Sequence record: SRR31156797_1634
DNA length: 64,000 bases
Strand: one strand, 5' to 3'
Shown in pieces: positions 9,463-18,601 of this stretch (its first letter is position 1; each line of letters opens with the position of its first letter). The notes under the pieces are model-generated. The model made no database searches. It saw only the letters and a program-made list of their open reading frames with translations, and was not told the DNA's origin. The position numbers were made by a program, and so were the translations under genes.

Positions 9463-10479
9463 ATGGCAAAAAAAAGGCCCAAACTTTCCGTTTCCATCAT
9501 CGAGACCAAAAGAATCACCCCGCAGGAATGGGATGGTTACCAATCCTTCCCGACCATTACCGATGTGAATGGCGAACTGCTGGTAGGATTTCGCAGGGCG
9601 GTAAACATCAGCGAAAATTTGCGCCAGAGAATGGATCACGGCATGGCCGGAGATATCTATACCACCCGTTCCATAGACGGAGGAATTACTTTTAAAAGTC
9701 CTCAACTGGTCATCAACCACGCGGAGAACAGAACCAACGAACATGATGGACTAGTAACTCATCTGGGCAACAACAAAGTGCTGCTCATCTCGCGTACCCA
9801 TAGCTCGGAACTACGCCGCAACTATTTTTCCCTTAGCACGGACGGCGGCAGAACATTTCCGACCCGCCAGCCGCTGGACCTGCCCGGTGGTGAATGGGCC
9901 TCTTTCGGACACTTCATTCCCACCCTCGACGACGAAAACACATTCATTGGTTCATTCTACAACGGTTCGGGCTGCGGAACTTTTCGCTTTAACCCCGAAA
10001 GCGCTGAAATCTCTCAACAATCCTACATTTATGAATATTTCCCTGAATATAGACTCAATGAAACTTCCATCGCCCGTTTGCCTTCAGGCCGGATACTGGC
10101 CCTCATGCGGCAGGCACCATGCATGGACGGATTGTTCAAAGCCACTTCAGATGATGACGGCAGGACTTGGTCTACACCGAAGCCTATAGGGCTTTACGGA
10201 GAAGCTCCATCTATCAAAGTCTTGCCGGACGGAAAGGTGCTGGCAATTTACCGGGGCATGATCCGCAAAAACAGGAAATGCCGCGTAGCCCTGACCATCT
10301 CCGAAGACGAAGGCGAAACATGGAGTCATCCGCAGACATTGGCATGGTACAAGGGCGGAAGATTTCACGGAGGTTACGGTGATCTGGCTGTAAACGCGAA
10401 GGAACAGGTCATTGCGGTCTACTATATTTCACGCAAAGATGAGGGGCCTGTTGTGGAGCGGATGGTGCTTGAGATGTAA
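9463..10479 (+). CDS. Sialidase/BNR (Asp-box) beta-propeller protein
   Basis: Asp-boxes SIDGGITF, STDGGRTF, SDDDGRTW, SEDEGETW; start moved to ATG 9463 after GGAG. Confidence 0.8.
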   Translation: MAKKRPKLSVSIIETKRITPQEWDGYQSFPTITDVNGELLVGFRRAVNISENLRQRMDHGMAGDIYTTRSIDGGITFKSPQLVINHAENRTNEHDGLVTHLGNNKVLLISRTHSSELRRNYFSLSTDGGRTFPTRQPLDLPGGEWASFGHFIPTLDDENTFIGSFYNGSGCGTFRFNPESAEISQQSYIYEYFPEYRLNETSIARLPSGRILALMRQAPCMDGLFKATSDDDGRTWSTPKPIGLYGEAPSIKVLPDGKVLAIYRGMIRKNRKCRVALTISEDEGETWSHPQTLAWYKGGRFHGGYGDLAVNAKEQVIAVYYISRKDEGPVVERMVLEM

Positions 10480-10496
10480 ATTACCGAGGATTGATA

Positions 10497-10525
10497 TTGA
10501 AGAGCCTACTTTTATTAAGTACTGT
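10497..10525 (+). promoter_or_regulatory. Candidate sigma70 promoter
   Basis: TTGAAG-N17-TACTGT upstream of the 10574 gene. Confidence 0.35.
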
Positions 10526-10573
10526 TGCCCGGTAACATAAAGCCAGCACGTCAAGACCAAGGATTCAGATACA

Positions 10574-12451
10574 ATGCATTTTATCATTACAGCCCCCCCA
10601 AAAGCTTATATTCCCGAACCTCGCATCAGAGAAATTATGGATATTAGCGGACAAGCCAGACTGACTGTGGCTGCCGCGCAACTCTCCAGCCGTTCAGTTT
10701 CCATGCTGGAAAAAGTTGCTGCGGAAACGGGTCGCCTGAATCTGATTCTGTCTGAAGGGAACAATCCAACCCCCTGCATTGAAACAGCCCTCAAAGAAGC
10801 AACAGACTCAAATGCTGAATTGACCGCAATCATTGACGGACGCACCCAGCTTACCGCTGAAGCGGTGTCTACCGCCATGCGAACCATGCAAGCCAACGAG
10901 AATTGCGGTTTTGCCATTCCAAGCGCAACCCAATCTGCACTGGAAATGATTTTGAATATGCTTCAGGAACCGTACTGTCCGCCAGTTATCATCCTGCGCA
11001 ATAAGCTGTTCGAATCACACATGCAACTCCGAGAAAATCTGCACTTTTTTGCCCTGCCGGAAATGCTGCTCCGTCTTTCACTGACAACAACACCAGTCGC
11101 CCTGCCGCAGGAAATCATAATCTCGACACCGGAGAACCGTCAAAGACCTGAAAACGAACAGCGGTCCATGGATGAAGAAAATTTCATTCTGGAAGAATAT
11201 CAAAAACTATTCTTCAACCGAACTTTCAAATGGCTTCCGGTTAAGGAAGTCACAGCTGAACTCTCTTTGCGTATCAACAAGGTAGTGCAACTCTTCGAGC
11301 AATTGAAAAAAGGTGTGATTGAATCCATTGACGAATACGACCGCAGTCTTTTCCGCTACTCCCTGCTGGCCGCTTACTCCGGGGAAGTGGACAGTGCCCG
11401 CCAGATGCTGGACACAAGTTTCAGCGTAGTCGGCGAACGTCCGGCCCTGATGCGAATTTACAAACAGGTGGTACTCAATTTTCCTCTGGAAAAAGGTCCC
11501 ATCAGCGGACCGGAAAAGGTCAGCATAGTTGTGCCGCTTTTCAATCAGGGACATTACCTTGAAGAGACAGTGTTCTCAGTGCTTAACCAGACCTATACCA
11601 ATTGGGAACTCTGTATTATCAATGACGGTTCCACTGATGATTCCTATGAAGTGGCTCAAGAACTGATTGAAAGAGTTAATGATAGCCGAATCCGACTACT
11701 GACTCAAGAGAACAGAGGTAAAGGAGGAACCCGCAACCGGGGTATCCGCGAGACAGACGGAGAATTTGTAGCCACCCTCGATTCGGACGATATGATTTCC
11801 CCGGATTATCTGGCAGTAGCAGTCAGGCTGATGAAGGAAAATCCCAGAGTAGGCTGGGTCACACCCAAGACCCTTGTTTTCGGTAAGGACAACCACGTTG
11901 CATGGGGTGATGAATTCAATTTTATACAATCAATAAGAATATCTCCCTCCCCAAGCTCTTCATTACTGCGGCGGGAAGCTCTTGAGGAAATCGGAATGTA
12001 CCGTGAAGACCTGACTAATCGTGAAGATGCCGAGGTATGGACAAATCTCAGCGAACACGGCTGGATTTCTATTGCCACCGAAGAACCATTTTTTCTCTAT
12101 CGCCATGCCTGCCGCAGACCGGGATTGAATAATATCTCCAACATCCCCAGCAAAGAAGAAATTACCTCGCTGCACCCATGGTGGTATCGTCTGGACCTTG
12201 ATGAGGAGTACAGGGAAAAAGCTTATACAGAATTTCAGGTCTACCGTTTTCCAGACTGGTTTCTCAACTGGGACAACTTGAAGAAAGCCCAAGCCCATCA
12301 TCATGACCGGAAGGCTTTTCTTGAGGTTATGGCCGAACTTAAATCCGGATATCCGCTCATAACCAAGCCTTGCCGATGGAAAAGTGACCATGATGAATGC
12401 TACCTTGACGCCCGCGAGTTTCTCTACGGAGTGAGATCTAAAACAACTTAA
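10574..12451 (+). CDS. GT2-family glycosyltransferase with long N-terminal region
   Basis: VSIVVPLFN, INDGSTD, RNRGI, LDSDD. Confidence 0.85.
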   Translation: MHFIITAPPKAYIPEPRIREIMDISGQARLTVAAAQLSSRSVSMLEKVAAETGRLNLILSEGNNPTPCIETALKEATDSNAELTAIIDGRTQLTAEAVSTAMRTMQANENCGFAIPSATQSALEMILNMLQEPYCPPVIILRNKLFESHMQLRENLHFFALPEMLLRLSLTTTPVALPQEIIISTPENRQRPENEQRSMDEENFILEEYQKLFFNRTFKWLPVKEVTAELSLRINKVVQLFEQLKKGVIESIDEYDRSLFRYSLLAAYSGEVDSARQMLDTSFSVVGERPALMRIYKQVVLNFPLEKGPISGPEKVSIVVPLFNQGHYLEETVFSVLNQTYTNWELCIINDGSTDDSYEVAQELIERVNDSRIRLLTQENRGKGGTRNRGIRETDGEFVATLDSDDMISPDYLAVAVRLMKENPRVGWVTPKTLVFGKDNHVAWGDEFNFIQSIRISPSPSSSLLRREALEEIGMYREDLTNREDAEVWTNLSEHGWISIATEEPFFLYRHACRRPGLNNISNIPSKEEITSLHPWWYRLDLDEEYREKAYTEFQVYRFPDWFLNWDNLKKAQAHHHDRKAFLEVMAELKSGYPLITKPCRWKSDHDECYLDAREFLYGVRSKTT

Positions 12452-12877
12452 ATTGCAGGACTTTTCTCACTACAATTTGACACCTTTAAAAATAAACTCA
12501 AGAGAATTGCCAGCAGTATTTAGTACGGCGTAAAAAACATCCATTTCATATCTCAGACAAAGATCTGACTGAGTCTTTCCACTAAAACACGACAATGACA
12601 GCTGCCTGAATTTCCGTGAGGAAGACAAAAAAAAGATGATTATTACCGAGTAATAAGGTAGAAAAGTTACTACTATTTGCCCAGTAACGACAAAAAACTA
12701 CTTTTCTGGCGAAAACACGTCCATATTGCACACTAATTGCAAAAAACTTGCAGAATCAGGAGTCACCATAAAGTTGATTTTGTAAGTGTTTAATTTTACA
12801 GAGCAAAACTCCGTCTTTTTTTTGACGGTTTTTGTGTGATCAGTATTTAGCAAAAATATTTTTCTTGAGGTTGTAGC

Positions 12878-13969
12878 ATGTCTGGCAAAAAAGCTCTTAT
12901 TACCGGGATTACCGGTCAGGATGGTTCATATCTAGCTCGATTCCTTTTGGAAAAAGGGTATGAAGTTCACGGCATTAAACGCAGAGCATCTTCATTCAAC
13001 ACCCAACGCATCGATGACCTCTATCAAGACCCACACGAAAAACAGCGCCGCTTTTTTCTTCATTATGGTGATCTGACAGATTCCACCAACCTTATCCGTA
13101 TCATTCAGGAAGTACAGCCAGATGAAATTTACAATCTGGCGGCCCAGAGCCATGTCCATGTTTCCTTTGACAGCCCGGAATACACCGCAGACGTAACCGG
13201 AATAGGCACACTGCGCCTGCTTGAGGCCGTCCGGATTCTCGGACTTCAGGATAAAACCCGTTTTTATCAGGCCTCCACCTCTGAACTCTTCGGGCAGGTT
13301 CAGGAAACCCCGCAAAAAGAGACTACACCTTTCTATCCTCGCTCCCCATATGCCGTTGCCAAACTATACGGTTACTGGATCTGTGTGAACTACCGCGAAG
13401 CATACAACATGTATACCTGTAACGGGATTCTCTTTAACCATGAATCTCCAGTGCGTGGTGAGACCTTTGTAACCCGCAAGATTACCCGTGCGTTGGCCCG
13501 CATCAAACTGGGTATGCAGGACCGTCTTTATCTAGGAAATATGAACGCGAAACGCGACTGGGGACACGCAAAAGATTTTGTGCGCATGCAATGGCTCATG
13601 CTCCAACAGGAGACTCCGCAAGATTTCGTGATCGCCACAGGAGAACAACACTCTGTACGCGATTTTGTTGACGCTGCGGCAAAAGAAATGGGCATCGATA
13701 TAGAGTGGCGGGGTAAAGGAGAACAAGAGCAAGGCATAAACACCGAAAACGGCAAATGCATAGTAGCCGTTGACCCGCGCTACTACCGCCCTACCGAAGT
13801 AGAAACCCTTCTGGGCGATCCCTCCAAGGCCAAGAATGAATTGGGGTGGGAACCAGAAATAAGTTTCAAAGAACTAGTTCAAGAAATGGCCCGTGAAGAC
13901 CTGATAGAAGCCAGTCGTGAAGATCTTTGCCTCAAGCATGGTTTCGAAATTTTTCAGCCTCAGGAGTAA
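12878..13969 (+). CDS. gmd: GDP-mannose 4,6-dehydratase
   Basis: [56 protein letters not shown]. Confidence 0.97.
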   Translation: MSGKKALITGITGQDGSYLARFLLEKGYEVHGIKRRASSFNTQRIDDLYQDPHEKQRRFFLHYGDLTDSTNLIRIIQEVQPDEIYNLAAQSHVHVSFDSPEYTADVTGIGTLRLLEAVRILGLQDKTRFYQASTSELFGQVQETPQKETTPFYPRSPYAVAKLYGYWICVNYREAYNMYTCNGILFNHESPVRGETFVTRKITRALARIKLGMQDRLYLGNMNAKRDWGHAKDFVRMQWLMLQQETPQDFVIATGEQHSVRDFVDAAAKEMGIDIEWRGKGEQEQGINTENGKCIVAVDPRYYRPTEVETLLGDPSKAKNELGWEPEISFKELVQEMAREDLIEASREDLCLKHGFEIFQPQE

Positions 13970-13984
13970 GGTACACCTGTGCTA

Positions 13985-14914
13985 ATGGATAAAAATGACA
14001 AAATATACGTAGCCGGACACGGGGGTCTGGTAGGTTCCGCTATCGTCCGCAGATTGAAAAAGGAAGGGCTGAATAATATTCTGACCCGCTCCAGTGCAGA
14101 ACTGGACCTCCGCAATCAAAAGGAAGTTGATGACTTTTTCGCCAAAGAAAAGCCAGATTTTGTTTTTCTTGCGGCAGCCAAGGTAGGCGGAATTCTTGCT
14201 AACAGCACTTACCCGGCAGACTTTATCCGCGACAATTTACTAATACAAAGCAATGTTATCGATGCAGCATACCGTAACGGTGTGCGTAAGCTACTATTTC
14301 TGGGCTCATCGTGCATTTATCCTAAATTTGCGGCCCAACCCATTGAAGAGAGCAGCCTGCTCAGTTCTGCCCTTGAACCGACCAATGAATTTTATGCCAT
14401 CGCCAAGATTGCCGGCCTGAAAATGTGCTCGGCCTATCGCCGCCAGTACGGCTTTGACGCCATCAGCCTGATGCCTACAAATCTTTATGGCCCCGGAGAT
14501 AACTACGATCTGGACAACTCCCACGTCATCCCCGCGCTGATTCGAAAATTCCACGAAGCCAAATTATCTGGCAAAGACAAGGTTACAGTTTGGGGCACAG
14601 GAAAACCAAAACGAGAATTCCTGCATGTAGATGATCTGGCTGACGCCAGCCTCTATTTAATGCGCAATTACAGTGCGGAAGAACACGTCAACGTAGGTGT
14701 TGGGAAAGAGATCAGCATTGCAGAATTGGCAGAACTGATCGGAAATGCAGTCGGATTTAAAGGTGAAATTGTATACGACACATCCAAGCCGGACGGAACT
14801 CCCAGAAAACTACTGGATGTATCTAAACTCCAAAAGAGCGGATGGAAAGCGGCTATCGACCTGAAAAAAGGGTTACTGGATACATATAAATTCTTTGTTT
14901 CGGAGCATCATTAA
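13985..14914 (+). CDS. fcl: GDP-L-fucose synthase
   Basis: [50 protein letters not shown] 13979 is an alternative start. Confidence 0.96.
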   Translation: MDKNDKIYVAGHGGLVGSAIVRRLKKEGLNNILTRSSAELDLRNQKEVDDFFAKEKPDFVFLAAAKVGGILANSTYPADFIRDNLLIQSNVIDAAYRNGVRKLLFLGSSCIYPKFAAQPIEESSLLSSALEPTNEFYAIAKIAGLKMCSAYRRQYGFDAISLMPTNLYGPGDNYDLDNSHVIPALIRKFHEAKLSGKDKVTVWGTGKPKREFLHVDDLADASLYLMRNYSAEEHVNVGVGKEISIAELAELIGNAVGFKGEIVYDTSKPDGTPRKLLDVSKLQKSGWKAAIDLKKGLLDTYKFFVSEHH

Positions 14915-16182
14915 TGACAAAAACTAAATTAAATTCAGACGATGTTGAATGGATAGGCGTACGATTTCTGGACCCCATATCCAGATCGTTCCTATATAAC
15001 GACACATACTACAGAGCAATTTACCCCGAAAAACAAGAGCAGGTTTTGGCATTACTGAACTCAACTGCGATCCAGGAACTCATTGAAGAAGAATACTTAG
15101 TTGAATTTAAAGAATCAAAATTTTCAATGGATGAATACCCGCTAATCCTTGAAAGTAAATCTGAATATTTTCAAGTGCATCGTTCCTTATGGAATGCCCT
15201 GTTTATCAAGGAAGCCGCCGAAAGATACTGCGACATGAACATCATATTGTGCAGACATGGGTTAGGACTCATCGACGGACACGGAGGCAACTTCATATGG
15301 CAGCAAAATGCAAGACCGACATGGTGCGACCTCGGCTCAATTCAGGAAATTTCAAAAGATTCATTGGCCGCTGTTGATGAATTCATTAGGCATTTTGTTT
15401 ATCCGCTACTTATCCGTTCCATTTCACCAGAATTTACGCGATTAATGCAATTTTATGTCGAGAACGGATGCGGACACACCGAAGCTCATTTTTTCACCAA
15501 AAGCAATCTGCATTCTTTGAAGGGGAATAGACTCTATGTCTTTTCCAAACTTAAAGATTTGATCAGCTCCATAGATTTCAATTACCCCAAAACAACATGG
15601 AGCGACTATCATGATAATTTTGATTTTTCCACCGCCAAATTAACCGACGGAACCCCGCAGGCTAGAAAAGAAATAATTGCCCAGTTAATCCACCAGTCCA
15701 AGCCGAAAACAGTCATAGACTACGGCTCCAATGCCGGTTTTTTCTCCATAATGTCCGCAAAACTAGGGGCTGAAGTTCTAGCCTATGAATTAGATGAAGA
15801 AGCATCTGCCAAATGTTATAATAATTTTCGCAAAAGCGACCCGTCATTGAAGCTGAAGGTCGCCATGTCCGGTATACATAACCACAAGAGCAAGCCAGCT
15901 GAAATGGTTTTGGCCCTTGCCCTTACCCACCATTTATTTTTCACCCATAAATTTTCATTTGAAGTTGCTGCTAAAATGTTTGCTGAAAGCACTTCAAAAT
16001 ACCTGCTCACCGAATTCATGCCTAACGGTTTGGGGATCGGCAAACCGCATATGTCTCCTTTCCCTCCCGGATATGATATAAATATTTTAAAATCTGAGCT
16101 GGAAAAACATTTCAGTAAAGTACGAATAATTCACTACCCGAACTACACAAACAGAATTCTTCTATATGCGATAAAAGAATAA
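14914..16182 (+). CDS. NoeA-like protein: kinase-like N-terminal region plus SAM methyltransferase domain
   Basis: FLDP..., DGHGGN/DLGS, WSDY, IDYGSNAGFFS, LALALTHHL. Confidence 0.6.
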   Translation: MTKTKLNSDDVEWIGVRFLDPISRSFLYNDTYYRAIYPEKQEQVLALLNSTAIQELIEEEYLVEFKESKFSMDEYPLILESKSEYFQVHRSLWNALFIKEAAERYCDMNIILCRHGLGLIDGHGGNFIWQQNARPTWCDLGSIQEISKDSLAAVDEFIRHFVYPLLIRSISPEFTRLMQFYVENGCGHTEAHFFTKSNLHSLKGNRLYVFSKLKDLISSIDFNYPKTTWSDYHDNFDFSTAKLTDGTPQARKEIIAQLIHQSKPKTVIDYGSNAGFFSIMSAKLGAEVLAYELDEEASAKCYNNFRKSDPSLKLKVAMSGIHNHKSKPAEMVLALALTHHLFFTHKFSFEVAAKMFAESTSKYLLTEFMPNGLGIGKPHMSPFPPGYDINILKSELEKHFSKVRIIHYPNYTNRILLYAIKE

Positions 16183-16323
16183 ATAGAATATTTTTTGAAC
16201 TCTAAATTTTAATCTTCAACTTGGAAGTTAAAAATTGTACCAAGTGATTGTACATTAATTCGGCCGAAATGGTCTTAATTATAATGAAGCGTTATTATTT
16301 ATATAAAAACCAGGAGAACAAGG

Positions 16324-18552
16324 ATGCAGAAAAACAATAGCCAATGTGTAAAAATCAGCTTTGTGGTCTCTGCCGCAGAAGGAAGCCTATTTACAAAATA
16401 TTGCCTGCAGTCCCTGTATCCATATGCAAATGAAATCCTGATTGCTAAGTCTACGGCGGTATCACTTGGTGGAATATCCAATAAACTTGAAGAACTTACT
16501 ACTAGCGAAGACCCGGACAACAAAATCAAAATCATCAGCGGTGATGTCGGCGACTGCGTAAAGGAAGCACAGTCCGAATGGCTCTGGTTTGTTGATGCTA
16601 ATGAACTTTTTCGCAGTGCAGACATGGATTACATCTGCGCTTATCTGACAGAAGTTCCGGAAACAACCTGCATAGCCTTTGAACAAAAGTTCTTCTGGGG
16701 TTCCCCGGATTACATCTGTAACTCTACCAATCAGACAGCTGACACAAAATACCGTAATTCCATTTTCAAATGGAAAGCAGACTTCAAATTCGTATCTGCC
16801 GATCCTTTTGATATTAAAGATGCTGCCGGGGTATCCCTATCCGAAATAACTCCTGCTTCCGGCGAAAACATTTCAAGCGTAGGCATCTTTTCCTATAATT
16901 ATTCCCAACTGTTTCCCATGCAGGAACAGGATACCGGTAGCAACCCTTTCCAGCTCTGCAGCAATAAAGAAAACCCCTCATGGATCGAAAAATTCAACGG
17001 CGAACATCCCGAACAGAGCAGAAATTTATGGAAAGATGTGCTGAATAATGAATTTCCGGTCCCCGCTAGAAATATGGATGACGTTGAGTCTTTTGTCGAC
17101 AGCTACGAATACCGCAAAGGCATAATGGCTATCCGCTCGGAAATGCGCACAAGAGAAAATACTGAAATCAAAATGGACGATTCTGTGTTGCGCGCAACTC
17201 TCACTCCCTCAAAGCCAGAGACCCCTCCGATCAATATTCTACAACTGAGCACCAATGAGAGTAAGGGCGGTGCTGCACAGATCCACACCGGAATATGCAA
17301 CGGACTGGCTAAGGATGAAAGATTCACCATCACCAGTTTTGTAAGAGACCGGGACATCAAAGCTCCATGGTGCAAAAAGATATACTCCGAAGCCATTGAA
17401 AAACAGGCCACCAAAAAAGCCACTCCCCTGATGGACTACGACATCGCCTCCAGCTTCTACCTGCTTGATAAGCCGGAATACAAAAAGAGTGATCTGGTCC
17501 ATTTCCACAACATGCATGGCTACTATTTCAACCCGTTAACCATGCCCCTGATCAGCCTGCAAAAACCGACCGTCTGGACTCTACATGACATGAACCCCAT
17601 CACCGGACACTGCGGTTTTTCCCTTGGCTGTGAAGGCTGGAAATCCGGATGTTCACCTTGCCCCCGTATCGACTTTTACCCCCCGCTGAAAAAAGACGTG
17701 GCCGGAGAGTTGCTGAAGGACAAGGAAATAATGGCCTCCATAATGGAGACAACTGTACTAGCCAGCTATTCTCACTGGCTGAAGGATCTGGTCAAGGACA
17801 CCTATCTGGGCCAGTTGGAGTGCAGAATTCTTCCTAACGGAATCGACACAGACATTTTCAAGCCCTATCGTCAGGATGAAGCCCGCAAAATATTCGGAAT
17901 ACCACAGGACGCCTTCGTGCTGGCAATGACAGCCAAAGGCGGAATGCAAAACGAATTCAAAGGCGGTCCCTACCTCGAACAGGCCGGCATAGCCCTGCAG
18001 CAGATCAACCCCAAGCTGGTGTTATTGAATATCGGCGGGGAGTACTATTCCAACAAAACCAATATCATCAACTTACCGTACATTGAGGATAAGAATATTC
18101 TGGCTCTGGCTTACAGTGCCGGAGATGTTTTCGCTTTCCCGTCTATTGGTGACAACCACCCGCTGGCAGTGTTGGAAGCCATGTGCTGTGGACTCCCGGT
18201 TGTATCTTTCCGCACCGGAGGAATCCCGGAAGAAGTTATTGAAGGCGAAACCGGGCTGATTGCAGAATACAAGAATGTAGAGCAATTCATCACCAACCTG
18301 AAAATCATCATGGAGCGGCCGAAACTGCGTCAAGCCATGAGCATCAAAGCAGCTGAAAGAGGCAGCACTTTCACTCTGGCAAGACTAGCCTCAGAATACA
18401 TCAAGCTCTACGAAGACATTCTGGAACGCGAAAGGCAGACACCCAAATCTCTTATCGAGAAAAAACGCCGTGCGCTTGAATACCTGCAATCCCAATTGGC
18501 CAAAGTAGGCAACGTTGCCGGTGTAGAAGCTTACAAAAAATTTCTGGCTTAG
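16324..18552 (+). CDS. Two-domain glycosyltransferase (degenerate GT2-like plus GT4)
   Basis: GGAA, HFHNMHG, VWTLHD, PNGID, DNHPLAVLEAMCCGLPVV. Confidence 0.85.
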   Translation: MQKNNSQCVKISFVVSAAEGSLFTKYCLQSLYPYANEILIAKSTAVSLGGISNKLEELTTSEDPDNKIKIISGDVGDCVKEAQSEWLWFVDANELFRSADMDYICAYLTEVPETTCIAFEQKFFWGSPDYICNSTNQTADTKYRNSIFKWKADFKFVSADPFDIKDAAGVSLSEITPASGENISSVGIFSYNYSQLFPMQEQDTGSNPFQLCSNKENPSWIEKFNGEHPEQSRNLWKDVLNNEFPVPARNMDDVESFVDSYEYRKGIMAIRSEMRTRENTEIKMDDSVLRATLTPSKPETPPINILQLSTNESKGGAAQIHTGICNGLAKDERFTITSFVRDRDIKAPWCKKIYSEAIEKQATKKATPLMDYDIASSFYLLDKPEYKKSDLVHFHNMHGYYFNPLTMPLISLQKPTVWTLHDMNPITGHCGFSLGCEGWKSGCSPCPRIDFYPPLKKDVAGELLKDKEIMASIMETTVLASYSHWLKDLVKDTYLGQLECRILPNGIDTDIFKPYRQDEARKIFGIPQDAFVLAMTAKGGMQNEFKGGPYLEQAGIALQQINPKLVLLNIGGEYYSNKTNIINLPYIEDKNILALAYSAGDVFAFPSIGDNHPLAVLEAMCCGLPVVSFRTGGIPEEVIEGETGLIAEYKNVEQFITNLKIIMERPKLRQAMSIKAAERGSTFTLARLASEYIKLYEDILERERQTPKSLIEKKRRALEYLQSQLAKVGNVAGVEAYKKFLA

Positions 18553-18601
18553 CTAACAGCAGAAATTTTATTCATAATTTTATACAACAGAAGGCAATCA
18601 A

